Below are positions 63,623 through 64,000 of a stretch of 64,000 bases of DNA, piece by piece (within the stretch, counting starts at the first letter, position 1; the number at the start of each line of letters is the position of its first letter). The notes under the pieces were generated by a model. It ran no database searches. It was not told where the DNA came from and saw nothing but the letters and a program-made list of their open reading frames with translations. The stretch is taken from NCBI GenBank assembly GCA_025057415.1, contig JANWXI010000001.1:6415-70414 (forward strand), read 5' to 3'. Position numbers and translations under genes: made by a program. This DNA is from Chitinophagales bacterium (GTDB lineage Bacteria; Bacteroidota; Bacteroidia; Chitinophagales; LD1).

Positions 63623-64000
63623 ATGGCAAATGTTGTGGTATTGGGAGCGGGCATGGTGGGCAGCGCCATTGCGCGCGATTTAAGCGATAGCCATCAGGTC
63701 ACCGCCGTTGACTGCAATGCCGACACCCTGCGCTACCTGCACGAGCGCTACCGCCTGCACACTACCCGGGCAAACCTCAGCGATGCCAAAGAAATACGCC
63801 GCGCTATTCGCAATGCCGATCTGGTAATTGGCGCAGTACCGGGCTTCATGGGCTTTCAAACCTGCAAAACCGTAATCGAAGCCGGCAAAAATCTTGTGGA
63901 CATCTCCTTCTTTCCCGAAGACGCCTTCCTGCTTCACAACCTCGCCAGAAAAAACAAAGTAACCGCAGTAACCGATTGCGGTGTTGCGCCCGGCCTCGAT
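63623..64000 (+). CDS. saccharopine dehydrogenase-like NAD(P)-binding protein, N-terminal 126 aa (3' end outside window)
   Basis: Missing from the ORF track because it runs off the window. My own translation gives MANVVVLGAGMVGSAIARDL...DLVIGAVPGFMGF...VDISFF...TDCGVAPGLD, with a Rossmann GxGxxG and saccharopine-dehydrogenase-like layout. Confidence 0.7.
   Translation, partial: MANVVVLGAGMVGSAIARDLSDSHQVTAVDCNADTLRYLHERYRLHTTRANLSDAKEIRRAIRNADLVIGAVPGFMGFQTCKTVIEAGKNLVDISFFPEDAFLLHNLARKNKVTAVTDCGVAPGLD

Overview
This 64-kb chromosomal segment looks like a Bacteroidota genome. It has TAnnTTTG-type -7 boxes, a bactofilin/M23 pair, bTHX, a PorP/SprF gene, and five type IX secretion (T9SS) cargo genes with type A or type B C-terminal sorting domains. 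I call about 48 protein genes. They are mostly housekeeping or envelope genes: glpK, rimO, trhO, heme A synthase, polyprenyl synthase, thiolase, M1 aminopeptidase, two PAS histidine kinases, two MFS transporters and a PIF1-like helicase. There are three tRNAs (Phe-GAA, Gly-CCC, Ala-GGC), several clear intrinsic terminators and one gene split by a single in-frame stop. I see no rRNA, CRISPR array, transposase, integrase, prophage block or named defence system. The strongest signal not explained by genes is a three-copy GC-rich multi-hairpin element (4945-5195, 27664-27841, 56837-57034). Each copy starts just after a stop codon, in the same orientation relative to transcription, and one hairpin shows a compensatory base-pair change. 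Other items worth a second look: a voltage-sensor-domain protein with no pore domain (35448-36446); a T9SS cargo carrying the HH/H/HxH/M signature of PHM/DBH-type copper monooxygenases (42964-44661); an unnamed ~165-aa module shared by the 1672-aa adhesin and a secreted peptidoglycan amidase; a collagen-like protein with a phage tail-fibre S74 chaperone domain but no prophage context; and a T9SS cargo built from thirteen 20-residue YopM/IpaH-type LRRs next to tRNA-Ala. All product calls rest on motif and family recognition by eye. No database search, GC calculation or RNA folding was run.
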